NCBI GenBank assembly: GCA_963841915.1
Contig: CAWJEN010000005.1
Span: 1,216,001 to 1,280,000 of the forward strand
Direction of reading: 5' to 3'
DNA: 64,000 bases
DNA from: an uncultured Planctomycetota bacterium
GTDB lineage: Bacteria > Planctomycetota > Phycisphaerae > Tepidisphaerales > Tepidisphaeraceae
The position numbers were made by a program, and so were the translations under genes. Below, one piece after another: positions 38,325 through 47,425 of this stretch; within the stretch, counting starts at the first letter, position 1, and each line of letters starts with the position of its first letter. A model generated the notes under the pieces. The model was not told the DNA's origin. It did no database searches and saw only the letters and a list, made by a program, of their open reading frames with translations.

Positions 38325-40112
38325 TCAGCGACCTCGGTGCCGCCTGCGAAGGGCGGCAAGGCTCAGGAGGCCCAGCGACCAGGCAGGTTCAGGAACCGTC
38401 GCCGCCCACTCGTCGATGGCCGCAAGATCAGCCGATGAGCCCCCGAAACTTGCCCGCAGGAGCGCGAAGTCGAGAATGCTGACAACGCCGTCAAGGTTGA
38501 AGTCGCCGTTGGTAAAGTAGACGCGATCTGACTCTCCAAATCTGTCTCGAAGGATGGCAAAATCGAGAATGGTGACGACGCCGTCGAGGTTTGCGTCCCC
38601 TGGCACGACATCATCTATGTCAGGAGGCGTCCAGAGAACTATCGCGTTGTCTTCGTTCGAGTAGACCACTTCTCCGCGGTCATTGATACCGTCGCCGTCC
38701 AGACCAGTATTTCCGATGCTGGTTGACACGCCGACGCCGCCGCGACCGAGTTCCAGAAGTCCAAGCTCGTCGTCGAAGAACAACAATGCCTGCAGACCAA
38801 CGTCGTCGGAGGAATCGGTGACCGTTGCATGGAACAGCACCTGCCCGGCCTCGTTCATTGTTCTGCTGATGACGAACGGAAGCGGATCGTCGAGACTTGT
38901 GATCGTCCCGCCGCCCGGTGCGGCGTCGCCGACTTGGGCGACCACAACAGTCTCCGAAGGTCCTGCCCTGAGGATCGCATCGGTGCTGCTGGAACCGACC
39001 ACAACCTCCCCGAGGCCGACGATTTGGCCGGCATCGTTGAGGACCTCGATGTCGGTCAGGCGGTAGCCGACACCCTGAACGGTGACGCCCTGATCGATGA
39101 GCAGATGCGATGTCTGGCCATCGGTGAGAACAACTGCTCGCCGAGCACCGCCACCACCTGAACCATCCAGGACGACCGCCACCGCCACCTGTCCGCTGTT
39201 GTTCGGGCCGCTCAAGCTGGTGTCACCGGTCACCGCGTTGCTGCCGGGCAAGATGGCGGAAACGCGATTGCTGCCGACCATGCTGTTGACGGCGAGTAGT
39301 TCGATATTAACGCTGCCATCCGAGAGAATGGCCGCCCTAGGGGTGCTGCCGAACCCGCTCCCTTGAAACGCAGCAAGATAGGCGACGTGCCCCGCATCAT
39401 TGATGCTGGGCCGTCTTTGCAACGGAATGCTGATCACGGAGCCGGCAACTGTCGTGTCTTGAAACCTGGCGACGAGGGATCGCGTCGCTCCGTCACCAAC
39501 GACGATCGGGAAACCGACGACTCCGTCTACTGTGGTAACGCGTGTGGCGACTGCGCCGTTCGCGCTGATACTCGGTGTGAAGAAGTTGCGGCTTCCCGAA
39601 CCGCCACCTACGCCCTGGATATGACCGATCTCAATCACTGGCGGCGCACCGGCGACCAGTACATCACCGACCTCAACCACGGCGTCAACGATTCCGTTGC
39701 GGTATGTGTAAAGGCCGCTGACGTCGGTCACATTGTTGAAAGCCGTAAAGCCGAAGTCGCCGTTGTCGTTGAGCGATGCCGCCATGCTGCCGTCGAAAAT
39801 ATCGAAGTCATATTGCGCTCCTTCGGAAGATTGCCCCACACTTGGAATGGAAAGCTTGGCACGGCCTCCTGCGGCGGTGGTATAGACGCCACTCGTCAAC
39901 TCGATCGTGCTGAAGTCAATCGCGGCGACAGCGATGACACCGTTGTTATTGATGATTGGCACTTGCCTGAAGGGCACCAGTAGCGATGCCGCAGTGGGGT
40001 CTGCCGCCCCAGGACCGATGACGATTTCGCGAGTAGCAATCGCCTGCCCCCGCGCCACCGAAACGCAAGAGACAAGCGTGCAGCCGAAAACGATATGTCG
40101 AATCATCCCCAT
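38325..40112 (-). CDS. Secreted NxxG-repeat (beta-propeller-like) protein with dockerin-type domain and PEP-CTERM sorting signal
   Basis: Signal peptide; about 8 repeats such as LNDNGDFGF and INDAGHVAY; paired GD(A/F)NLDGVV.ILDFA; VPEP-hydrophobic-RRR tail. Confidence 0.85.
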   Translation of the reverse strand: MGMIRHIVFGCTLVSCVSVARGQAIATREIVIGPGAADPTAASLLVPFRQVPIINNNGVIAVAAIDFSTIELTSGVYTTAAGGRAKLSIPSVGQSSEGAQYDFDIFDGSMAASLNDNGDFGFTAFNNVTDVSGLYTYRNGIVDAVVEVGDVLVAGAPPVIEIGHIQGVGGGSGSRNFFTPSISANGAVATRVTTVDGVVGFPIVVGDGATRSLVARFQDTTVAGSVISIPLQRRPSINDAGHVAYLAAFQGSGFGSTPRAAILSDGSVNIELLAVNSMVGSNRVSAILPGSNAVTGDTSLSGPNNSGQVAVAVVLDGSGGGGARRAVVLTDGQTSHLLIDQGVTVQGVGYRLTDIEVLNDAGQIVGLGEVVVGSSSTDAILRAGPSETVVVAQVGDAAPGGGTITSLDDPLPFVISRTMNEAGQVLFHATVTDSSDDVGLQALLFFDDELGLLELGRGGVGVSTSIGNTGLDGDGINDRGEVVYSNEDNAIVLWTPPDIDDVVPGDANLDGVVTILDFAILRDRFGESDRVYFTNGDFNLDGVVSILDFALLRASFGGSSADLAAIDEWAATVPEPAWSLGLLSLAALRRRHRGR

Positions 40113-40158
40113 CGGAATGAAAGGTAACAGGTTGTAATGCGTTGCACCAATGACACGA

Positions 40159-40186
40159 CGGCGGCCTCCCGGTGCGGAGGCCGCCG
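40159..40186 (-). terminator. Hairpin, probable terminator after flagellin
   Basis: 11-bp stem CGGCGGCCTCC/GGAGGCCGCCG. Confidence 0.55.
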
Positions 40187-40244
40187 CGTCTGGCGGTCAG
40201 AGTCCGTCAGGACCCGCCGCCGAGCGTCAGGATGAAAGTGCCGC

Positions 40245-41642
40245 TCACTGCAGCAGCGACAGCACCTGCTGCGGGGTCGAGTTGGCCTGCGAGAGGATCG
40301 ACGTGTTGGCCTGCGTCAGAATCTGAGCGCGGGTCAAAGCGGCGGTCTCGGCGGCGAAGTCGGCGTCGCGGATCGAGCTTTCGGCAGCGGTCACGTTCTC
40401 GCGGGCGACACGAAGCGAGTTCATGTTCGTCTCGAGAACGTTCTTCTGCAAAGCACCCAGGCGGCCACGCATGGTGGCGATGCCGCCGATGGAGGCGTCG
40501 AGAATGTTCTGGGCGTCCGTCGTGTTGCCGGAGACGAGGCTGAAGGCGCCGCCGCTTCCGAGCTGGCTGAGGAAGCCGACGACGTCGTTACCGAGCTTGG
40601 CCGTGTTGACGCTCTGGATTCCGAGGTTGACCTGGCCCTGGTCGCCGACGCGGGAGCCGACCTGGAAGGTCGCACCACCACCGGTGATGTCGAAGACCTG
40701 ATCGACGGCCGTCTGGGTCAGGAAGTTGGCGGTGAGGTCGAGCTCGAGATCGAGTCCGCCGACACGGCTCTTGACGCTGAGGCCGTCGGCCTCGGCGGCT
40801 GCGCCGTTGACGGTGATGGTCGCCTCGACACCCTCGTCGCGGGTGCCGGACGCGGTCCATGTACCAGCGACGGCCTCGACGGTGACGAAGCTCTTGGCCC
40901 CGTAGCCGATCGAATCGAAGTGGACGTTACCGCCACTGACCGTGGCGCTGACACCGGTGCTGTCGGTGAGCTGGTTGACCGCAAAGGCCATCGCACTGAC
41001 GGCGGTGTTGCTGGCGAAGGTGAGCTGCTCGACGCCCTTGTTGCCACCGATGTCGAGGGTGGTGATGTTGGCGGTCGGGCCGTTACGGGTGATGCGACCG
41101 GTCTCGGCGCTGCTGGTGACGTTGACCTGAATGTTCAGCGGGCCGTTGTCGGGCAGGTTGGCACTGTTGACGCGGGCGTTGGTGACGTTGCTGGCCGTGA
41201 CGCCGCTGAGCTGGTAGTCCTTCTGGCCGTTGAGCAGCAACTCACCGTTGAACGTGGTGGTGTTGCTGATGCGGTTGATCGAGCCGAGGATGGCGTCGAC
41301 CTGAAGCTGGTTGGCTTCAATTTCTGCCGGCGAGAGGGCACCGGAGTTGGCGGCCTCGACGGTCAGGCTCTGGACTTCCAGGAGCAGCGAGTTGATCTCG
41401 GCGAGGCTGCCCTCTGCCGTGTTGATCACGTTGATGGCGCGGGCCGAATTGTCGATCGCCTGGCTGATACCGGCGACCTCGCTCCGCATGTTCTCACTGG
41501 CGATTAGGGCGGCAGGGCCGTCCTTGCCGGTGTTGATCTTCAGGCCCGTGCTGAGGCGCTGCAGGCGCATCGACAGGTCGCCGTTGTTGGTGTTGAGCGA
41601 GCGCTGCGCTTGCAGCGAATTGATGTTGGTGTTGATCCGCAT
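40245..41642 (-). CDS. fliC: Flagellin
   Basis: MRINTNINSLQAQR..RLSTGLKIN; C-terminal RGRLGALQ..ENVTAAESSIRDADFAAE..QQVLSLL. Confidence 0.96.
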   Translation of the reverse strand: MRINTNINSLQAQRSLNTNNGDLSMRLQRLSTGLKINTGKDGPAALIASENMRSEVAGISQAIDNSARAINVINTAEGSLAEINSLLLEVQSLTVEAANSGALSPAEIEANQLQVDAILGSINRISNTTTFNGELLLNGQKDYQLSGVTASNVTNARVNSANLPDNGPLNIQVNVTSSAETGRITRNGPTANITTLDIGGNKGVEQLTFASNTAVSAMAFAVNQLTDSTGVSATVSGGNVHFDSIGYGAKSFVTVEAVAGTWTASGTRDEGVEATITVNGAAAEADGLSVKSRVGGLDLELDLTANFLTQTAVDQVFDITGGGATFQVGSRVGDQGQVNLGIQSVNTAKLGNDVVGFLSQLGSGGAFSLVSGNTTDAQNILDASIGGIATMRGRLGALQKNVLETNMNSLRVARENVTAAESSIRDADFAAETAALTRAQILTQANTSILSQANSTPQQVLSLLQ

Positions 41643-41648
41643 GGAGTG

Positions 41649-41702
41649 AGACCTTCCGTGGTCTAAGAGAAAAAACGGTGTTGGCCTGGTTCATCCGTGA
41701 AC
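41649..41702 (-). promoter_or_regulatory. Two CsrA-type ANGGAN hairpins in the flagellin 5' leader
   Basis: mRNA sense: GTTC-ACGGAT-GAAC (41702-41689) and AGACC-ACGGAA-GGTCT (41664-41649); the latter overlaps the SD-like GGAAGG. Confidence 0.65.
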
Positions 41703-41837
41703 GTCGGCTGATAGCAATGTCGGTATCAGACTGTCATGGGCAACAACGCCGGACGTTGCCGGCCCACGTCCCATAAGCAGGTCCGGTAAAACAGCCGCTA
41801 CGCCTCCAGGCGGCGGCATCGCTACGCTGCCGGTCCG

Positions 41838-43835
41838 ATGCAGATCAGCACCGAGTGGCTAACCGACTTTCTTGACACCGTCCCGCCCACCGAGGCCGCC
41901 GGTGATGCGTTGACTATGGCCGGTTATCCCGTCGAAGAGGTTGAGGTCGTCGACGGCGTCGACGTCATGGACGTCGAGGTCACCAGCAATCGGCCCGACC
42001 TGCTGTGCCACCTCGGCGTCGCCCGCGAACTCGCCGCCGTGGCCGGTGGCACGTTCACGCTCACCGACGCGCAGCCACTGGAGGCGGGCGAACCACATGA
42101 CGTGCAGGTCGCCATCGAGGTAACCGACCTGTGCCCGCATTACACGGCCAGACTGCTCCGCGACATCACGATCAAGCCGTCCCCGGACCACCTCATCAAG
42201 CGGCTCACGCACGTCGGGCTCAGGCCGATCAACAACGTCGTCGACGTCACCAACTATGTCCTGTTCGAGCTGGGCCAGCCACTTCACGCCTTCGACTACG
42301 ACAAGCTCGCCGGTGGCAGAATTGTTGTGAGACTGGCAAAGCAGGGCGAAACCCTCCGCACCCTCGACGGCGTCGACCGCAAGCTCACCACAAGTGACCT
42401 CGTCATTGCCGATGCCGAAAAGCCCGTTGCACTTGCCGGCGTCATGGGTGGCGAAGCGACGGAGGTCACCGCTTCGACCAAGAACGTTCTGCTCGAGTCG
42501 GCCCGGTTCGATCCGCTGAGCGTCCGCAACACGAGCCGTCGGCTCAAGCTCATGAGCGACTCCTCATTCCGCTTCGAACGCGGCCTTGATCCCACCCTCG
42601 CCCACCGCGCCTCCCGCCGGGCAGCCTCGCTCATCCTCGACACCGCCGGTGGCACGCTCTGCAAAGGCGTCAGCGAGGCCGGTAGCGGCAACTACGAGCC
42701 CAAGCACCTGACCGTCCGCTGGGCCGCCATGAAGCGACTGCTCGGCGTCGATCTGCCACGCGAAGGCGTGATGGCGGCCCTCGACAAGCTGGGCCTGTCA
42801 CCGACGCCCACCGACGACGGCATCCAGACGACGATCCCATCGCACCGGCTCGACCTGTCGATTGAGGCCGACCTCATCGAAGAGGCCGCCCGCGTTGTCG
42901 GGTACGACAAGATCCCGCTGCGCGAAACCATCACCGTCCGCGTGCGGCCTGAAGATGTGAAGCTGCGGGCCAACGACATCGCCCGCACCGTTCTGACCGC
43001 AGCCGGGTGCGACGAGGCGATCACGTTCAGCTTTGTCAGCGACGCATTGAAGGATCTTTTTCTACCGGCAGATGCGAAGCTTCGTCGCGTCGATCCCGGC
43101 GTACGCAAGGCCGACGGTGCTCTGCGGCCGAGCGTGCTACCGGGCCTGCTCCAGTCGCTCCGTCACAACGAGACCGTCGGCAACGACAATGTCAAACTCT
43201 TCGAGATCGGCAGTGCGTTCTGGTTCGATGCGAAAGGCCCCTGCGAAGTCCGCCGGCTCGCCGTGGTCGGCGGAACCGACTACGCACGCTGCCGTGGCAC
43301 CATTGAAACGCTGCTCGAGCGGCTCGACCCGTCACGCCTCGTCCGCGTCGAGTCGGCCGACGCGGCTGGCTTTGGCAAGGGTGCGTGCGGCCGCGTCTTG
43401 TGGGGCGATGAGCCTGTCGGGCACGTCGGCCTTTGCGATGCAGCCGTCGTCAATGCTCTGGATCTTCGGCACACGCCGACCATGGCGGAACTCGACTATG
43501 ACGCGCTCGTCCGCGGCCTGAACGAGCCGACGAAGCCCGGCAGCCTCGCCAGATTCCCCGCCGCCCGCCGGGACGTGTCGCTCGTGGTCGCCGACCGCGT
43601 TTCCTACGACGAGCTGGCTGACCTTGCGACGGAGTTAAACCTCAGTGACCTCGTCGGCGTCGAGCACGGCGGCACCTACCGCGGCAAGCCCCTCGAGAAG
43701 CAGAGCAAGTCCGTCACCCTCACCCTTGTCTTCCGCCGCGACGACGCGACGGTGCCGCGTGAGCACGCAGAGGAACAGGTGGCCAGGCTCGTTAGCCTCG
43801 CGTCGCAGCGATTCGATGCCGAAGTCCGCAAGTAG
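41838..43835 (+). CDS. pheT: Phenylalanine--tRNA ligase beta subunit
   Basis: TSNRPDLL, INNVVDVTNYV..ELGQPLHAFD, LAGVMGG, RFERG, DLIEEAAR..GYD, FP...RDVS. Confidence 0.96.
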   Translation: MQISTEWLTDFLDTVPPTEAAGDALTMAGYPVEEVEVVDGVDVMDVEVTSNRPDLLCHLGVARELAAVAGGTFTLTDAQPLEAGEPHDVQVAIEVTDLCPHYTARLLRDITIKPSPDHLIKRLTHVGLRPINNVVDVTNYVLFELGQPLHAFDYDKLAGGRIVVRLAKQGETLRTLDGVDRKLTTSDLVIADAEKPVALAGVMGGEATEVTASTKNVLLESARFDPLSVRNTSRRLKLMSDSSFRFERGLDPTLAHRASRRAASLILDTAGGTLCKGVSEAGSGNYEPKHLTVRWAAMKRLLGVDLPREGVMAALDKLGLSPTPTDDGIQTTIPSHRLDLSIEADLIEEAARVVGYDKIPLRETITVRVRPEDVKLRANDIARTVLTAAGCDEAITFSFVSDALKDLFLPADAKLRRVDPGVRKADGALRPSVLPGLLQSLRHNETVGNDNVKLFEIGSAFWFDAKGPCEVRRLAVVGGTDYARCRGTIETLLERLDPSRLVRVESADAAGFGKGACGRVLWGDEPVGHVGLCDAAVVNALDLRHTPTMAELDYDALVRGLNEPTKPGSLARFPAARRDVSLVVADRVSYDELADLATELNLSDLVGVEHGGTYRGKPLEKQSKSVTLTLVFRRDDATVPREHAEEQVARLVSLASQRFDAEVRK

Positions 43836-43969
43836 ACGCCGAAAGTGGCGGTCCGTCAGCGGAACCCTCGACCTCAGCCACCCCGCTCACCTGCACTCGG
43901 GATGACAGAGAGACTTTGGGAGCAAGACGCCAATCACGTTTCTTGCTGAGGTTCAGCAGCCAGGAACAT

Positions 43970-44947
43970 TCAGCGTTGCCTGACGAATACTGCATCTGGG
44001 ACATCAAGCCGCTTCCGCGCCTCGGCCGTTTCTTCGAGGAAGCGAAGCCCGTCCTGCCAGTAGCCGGCCGTCGGCTTCAGACCTTTGACTTCGCGCTGCC
44101 AGTAGGCGTTGAGCCGTTCCATGGCCCGCTCGCGCACGTACTTGGCCATGCACGACGCCGCTGCCGTCGGCAGGCAGAGCGACTCGCCTTTCTCCGCGAA
44201 CGTCAGCCGCGCCTTCGCCTCACCGCGAGTCAGCAGGTACGTGCTTGTGCCGTCCGACTCGTCGAGCACCGTCAGCTCCCAGGCTTCGAACATCGTCCTT
44301 AGAAATGAGCCGTAGTGCGACCTGCCGCCTTGGCGATCAAGCACGACGTACAGCCCACCGGGCGAGGCGGCATGGGCCTCCATCAGGTCGTATAGCAGCG
44401 ATGCAACGACGGTCTGCAACGCGGCCGCCTTGTTGCGGGTCTTGTTGCAAAGCTCGTTGTACTGCCCCTCGAACAGGGCCCGCACGGTCGGCCGCAGCAG
44501 CTCGACACCTGTCGCGTCGGCTTCGTGCCTCACCGCATTGACGGAGATGCCCAGCGTCGTCGGGCTGATGCTCGCCGGGTGCGTCTCTTTCGGCGGCTGG
44601 GTGTACCAGGCGTAGCCGGGAAACGTCACGCCGACCGCTTCAAAAAAAGCCTCCAGCGTCTCCGCCTGCGAACCTGCCGCTGCAGTCAGCGTCAAGGCCG
44701 TCCGCTCAAGCTCGCCCGCACCCGCCTTGGCCCGGCCGGCGTAGACCTTCTTCGAGTCGGCCACGTGCAGCCGTCGGCCTGTCTTGTCACGCGACTGCGA
44801 CATCGCCCGGCGAAGCAACTGCCACGCGTCTGGCGGTGACTCGCTCGTCATCGCATCGCCGTCGGGTAGACGCACCGCACAAGCCCCCACGCACAATGGC
44901 CCGAGCAACGGCCCGAATCCTGCTTCATCAATGCCGGCCAGAATCAT
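43970..44947 (-). CDS. RNase HII-like protein
   Basis: AGIDEAGFGPLLGPL, ADSKKV, LDRQGG, KGE..AAASCMAK..RE, GY. Longer than canonical RnhB. Confidence 0.75.
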   Translation of the reverse strand: MILAGIDEAGFGPLLGPLCVGACAVRLPDGDAMTSESPPDAWQLLRRAMSQSRDKTGRRLHVADSKKVYAGRAKAGAGELERTALTLTAAAGSQAETLEAFFEAVGVTFPGYAWYTQPPKETHPASISPTTLGISVNAVRHEADATGVELLRPTVRALFEGQYNELCNKTRNKAAALQTVVASLLYDLMEAHAASPGGLYVVLDRQGGRSHYGSFLRTMFEAWELTVLDESDGTSTYLLTRGEAKARLTFAEKGESLCLPTAAASCMAKYVRERAMERLNAYWQREVKGLKPTAGYWQDGLRFLEETAEARKRLDVPDAVFVRQR

Positions 44948-44979
44948 GGTGCTCAACGTAGCCCGAGGCCGTTAAAGAC

Positions 44980-45104
44980 GCTTGCCTGTGGCTCGCAGCC
45001 CGCCCCTTCGTGGCCATTGAGCTCGAGCCGGCGTCACAACACACCGACTGTCGAGCCTGGAGCGGCCGAGTAGGGCCATTTATGAGGCAACCACAGCGCA
45101 AAGC
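44980..45104 (-). ncRNA. Candidate structured RNA (125-nt irregular rod hairpin), family unassigned
   Basis: Nested pairings CTGTGG/CCACAG, GGCC/GGCC, GCTCGA/TCGAGC, and GTCGGTGT/ACGCCGGC (the last pairs fully only on the minus strand, via G-U). Confidence 0.4.
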
Positions 45105-45157
45105 AGAAACCCAAACCCGCGGCTCAACGAGCCGCTGGATCGGGTGACAGTTTCTGC
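45103..45157 (-). terminator. Long hairpin, possible terminator of histone-like gene
   Basis: GCAGAAAC/GTTTCTGC outer stem, GCGGCTC/GAGCCGC inner stem, followed by TTT on the minus strand. Confidence 0.45.
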
Positions 45158-45184
45158 ATCTCCCGCCTGGTCGGCTGGGGCTCT

Positions 45185-45487
45185 TTACTTCTTCTTCGAG
45201 CTCTTCTTCGCCGACTTCTTGGCTGGAGCTTTCTTGGCTGTGGTCTTCTTCGCTGGTGCCTTCTTGGTCACCTTCTTTGCCGGAGCTTTTTTAGCTGGCG
45301 ACTTCTTGGCGACCTTCTTGGCCGGAGCCTTCTTCGCCGGTGACTTCTTGGTCACCTTCTTTGCGGGAGCTTTTTTGGCAGGGGCCTTCTTCGTGACCTT
45401 CTTTGCCGGAGCCTTCTTAGCGGGTGACTTCTTGGCGGCCTTTTGGGCCGGTGCTTTCTTTGCCGTCTTCTTGGTGGACTTGGCCAT
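45185..45487 (-). CDS. Histone H1-like Lys/Ala/Pro-rich nucleoid protein
   Basis: 100 aa built almost entirely of PAKK units; 14-aa repeat KK(S/A)PAKKAPAKKV(T/A) occurs 4 times. Confidence 0.8.
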   Translation of the reverse strand: MAKSTKKTAKKAPAQKAAKKSPAKKAPAKKVTKKAPAKKAPAKKVTKKSPAKKAPAKKVAKKSPAKKAPAKKVTKKAPAKKTTAKKAPAKKSAKKSSKKK

Positions 45488-45784
45488 GTGTGTAACTCGC
45501 GAGGAGATGGGAGAGCTGTCGGGACTGTCCGACACCTCTGAGTATCACGACAAAGTGCTGGGCGCAAAGCCTTTGCGAAGTTGTCGACAGGCGCTAGTCG
45601 ATGGTGACGGCGCGTGCAAACACTTCTTTGCCGGTGCGTGGACAAACAAGTGATGCGTGGTGCATCGACTGTTGAGCCGGAGCGGGTTGAGTCTGCGTGC
45701 AGATTTTGCCGATGAACGACGCCCCGTCGGCCAAGCATGACAGCGGCGTCGCAGCGCTTGCACCATGGAACCAGCACCACCTCG

Positions 45785-47176
45785 ATGAGCCTTCGCCTTC
45801 ACGTCCGTCACCCGCTCGGCAGCAGCGTCGTCGTCCGCAGCGACGCCGACGGAAAGGTGCCGCTGGTCTTGGGACGCGGCCGCGACGTCGACATCGCCAT
45901 TGCCGGAACCGGCGTCTTTCTAAGGCATTGTGCAGTGTTTCTTGATGCCGCTCGCGGCAGGTGGCTCATCCAGGACGGCAACACCCGCGGCAAGACGAGC
46001 GTCAACGGCGTGCCTCTGTCGGGCAGTTCGCAGCCGTGCCCGTTGCTCGACGGCTTCGTCGTCACGCTCGGTGAAGGCGCTTCAGCGGCGACGCTCACCG
46101 TCGAGCAGGCGAGCGTCGACGCGGCTGAAGAAAAGGTTCCTGCACCGTCGCCGCCTGAACTTGTCGACGTTGCTTTAGAAGACGAAGGAGTCGAACCGGC
46201 TGAGGTCGTGCGGCCGACGCGGGCCGAAGATTTTGACGGCATGTTCGCGCCGGAGCCTGACACCTACGAGGACGCGACGAACGACCGCGTCGATTTCGGC
46301 GTCGTCGCTTCGCCCTCACGCCGTCGCGACACGTCGGGCGGCGGGGCGATGCTCGGCGTGCTCGTCGTCATCACGCTCGTCACAGCAACCATCGCATTGC
46401 TCGCAGCCGTTCGGCTACAGCAGGCACAAGACGAACTGGCGCGATTGAGAAATCGCACCGCGGAGAAGCGGGCGGCCCCGGACACTGAGCAGTTGCCGAC
46501 GGAGCCGACGACAACGGCGCAGCCGCAGGAGGACACGCCGCCCGCGATCAACATCAGTCTGCTACCCGACGAGACGCTTCAGACCGAGAACGAACGGCTG
46601 TCGGCTTTGGTGGATCCTGCGGGAGAAGCGGGATTTGTGGCGGGCCTGCCACCGACCGACCCGCTGCGGGCGTCGGCGGCGTGGGCGTCGGTCGTGACGC
46701 CGCGTAAACCGGCCGAACAGCTGGCGGCGTATCTCGCGTTTCAACAGCTCCCGGCCAGTCAGCAGGGGGCGCTCGGTGACGAGGTGGCCAGTCGTGAGGC
46801 GGCGTTGCTTGATCGGCTGTGGTGGCAGCAGGTGCAATCTCTGCTGGCAGAGGAAACGGCTGTCATCGACCGAACGCTGCAGACGGAGTTTGCACTGCGA
46901 GCGTTGTCGAGCGACAGCGACCCGCAGGCGGCAGAGGCACTACGCGAGCAGCTCAAGTTCGATCGGCAACGTCTCGAGCGGATCGCGGCCGAGTTGGAGG
47001 ATCGAATGCAGTATCACGCCGGTGAGGTGCCGAACTTGACGGACGCTCAGCAGCTCGATCGACTTCGCGGTACGCGGGACGAGGTGGCTTACGAGCAATG
47101 GCGGCTGCAGGTGCTGCGCGTGGTGCTGGCGCAGGGGCGATTGCCCTGGGACGAAGACGAAGCGTCGGCGGAGTAG
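45785..47176 (+). CDS. FHA domain membrane protein
   Basis: LGRG..DI...RHC..WLIQD..GKTSVNG FHA pattern; single TM helix; helical C-terminal region. Confidence 0.75.
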   Translation: MSLRLHVRHPLGSSVVVRSDADGKVPLVLGRGRDVDIAIAGTGVFLRHCAVFLDAARGRWLIQDGNTRGKTSVNGVPLSGSSQPCPLLDGFVVTLGEGASAATLTVEQASVDAAEEKVPAPSPPELVDVALEDEGVEPAEVVRPTRAEDFDGMFAPEPDTYEDATNDRVDFGVVASPSRRRDTSGGGAMLGVLVVITLVTATIALLAAVRLQQAQDELARLRNRTAEKRAAPDTEQLPTEPTTTAQPQEDTPPAINISLLPDETLQTENERLSALVDPAGEAGFVAGLPPTDPLRASAAWASVVTPRKPAEQLAAYLAFQQLPASQQGALGDEVASREAALLDRLWWQQVQSLLAEETAVIDRTLQTEFALRALSSDSDPQAAEALREQLKFDRQRLERIAAELEDRMQYHAGEVPNLTDAQQLDRLRGTRDEVAYEQWRLQVLRVVLAQGRLPWDEDEASAE

Positions 47177-47336
47177 CGGTGCGCCGCGGCGGCCGCCTTG
47201 GCGGCGGCGAGAGACGTCCGAATGCCTCTCGCTACGAACGTCGTGTCACGCAGCAGGCAGGCGAAAAGCCACAGAAGTGGTGTAGAAAAAGCTGCACCGC
47301 GGACGACCCGCCGACGCACTTGACGGGCCGGCCGAA

Positions 47337-47352
47337 GGTTCCACGTGGAACA
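47337..47352. promoter_or_regulatory. parS: parS site (1 mismatch)
   Basis: GGTTCCACGTGGAACA. Confidence 0.8.
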
Positions 47353-47409
47353 TTCTCCACTGGCGGGCGAGCTCAAACCCTCGCCACGCACGGCAGAGCG
47401 GGTTGCCAA

Positions 47410-47425
47410 TGTTCCACGTGGAACA
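47410..47425. promoter_or_regulatory. parS: parS site
   Basis: Perfect TGTTCCACGTGGAACA within the 20-bp palindrome AATGTTCCACGTGGAACATT. Confidence 0.9.

Noticed and set aside
41700..41760. Sigma-28 promoter for flagellin
   Set aside because: Only weak -10-like matches (GCCGACGT, ACCGACAT), with no properly spaced -35.
45144..45653. Hydrophobic repeat ORF (FFAGAFLA) on the plus strand
   Set aside because: It is the antisense mirror of the Lys/Ala-rich histone-like gene.
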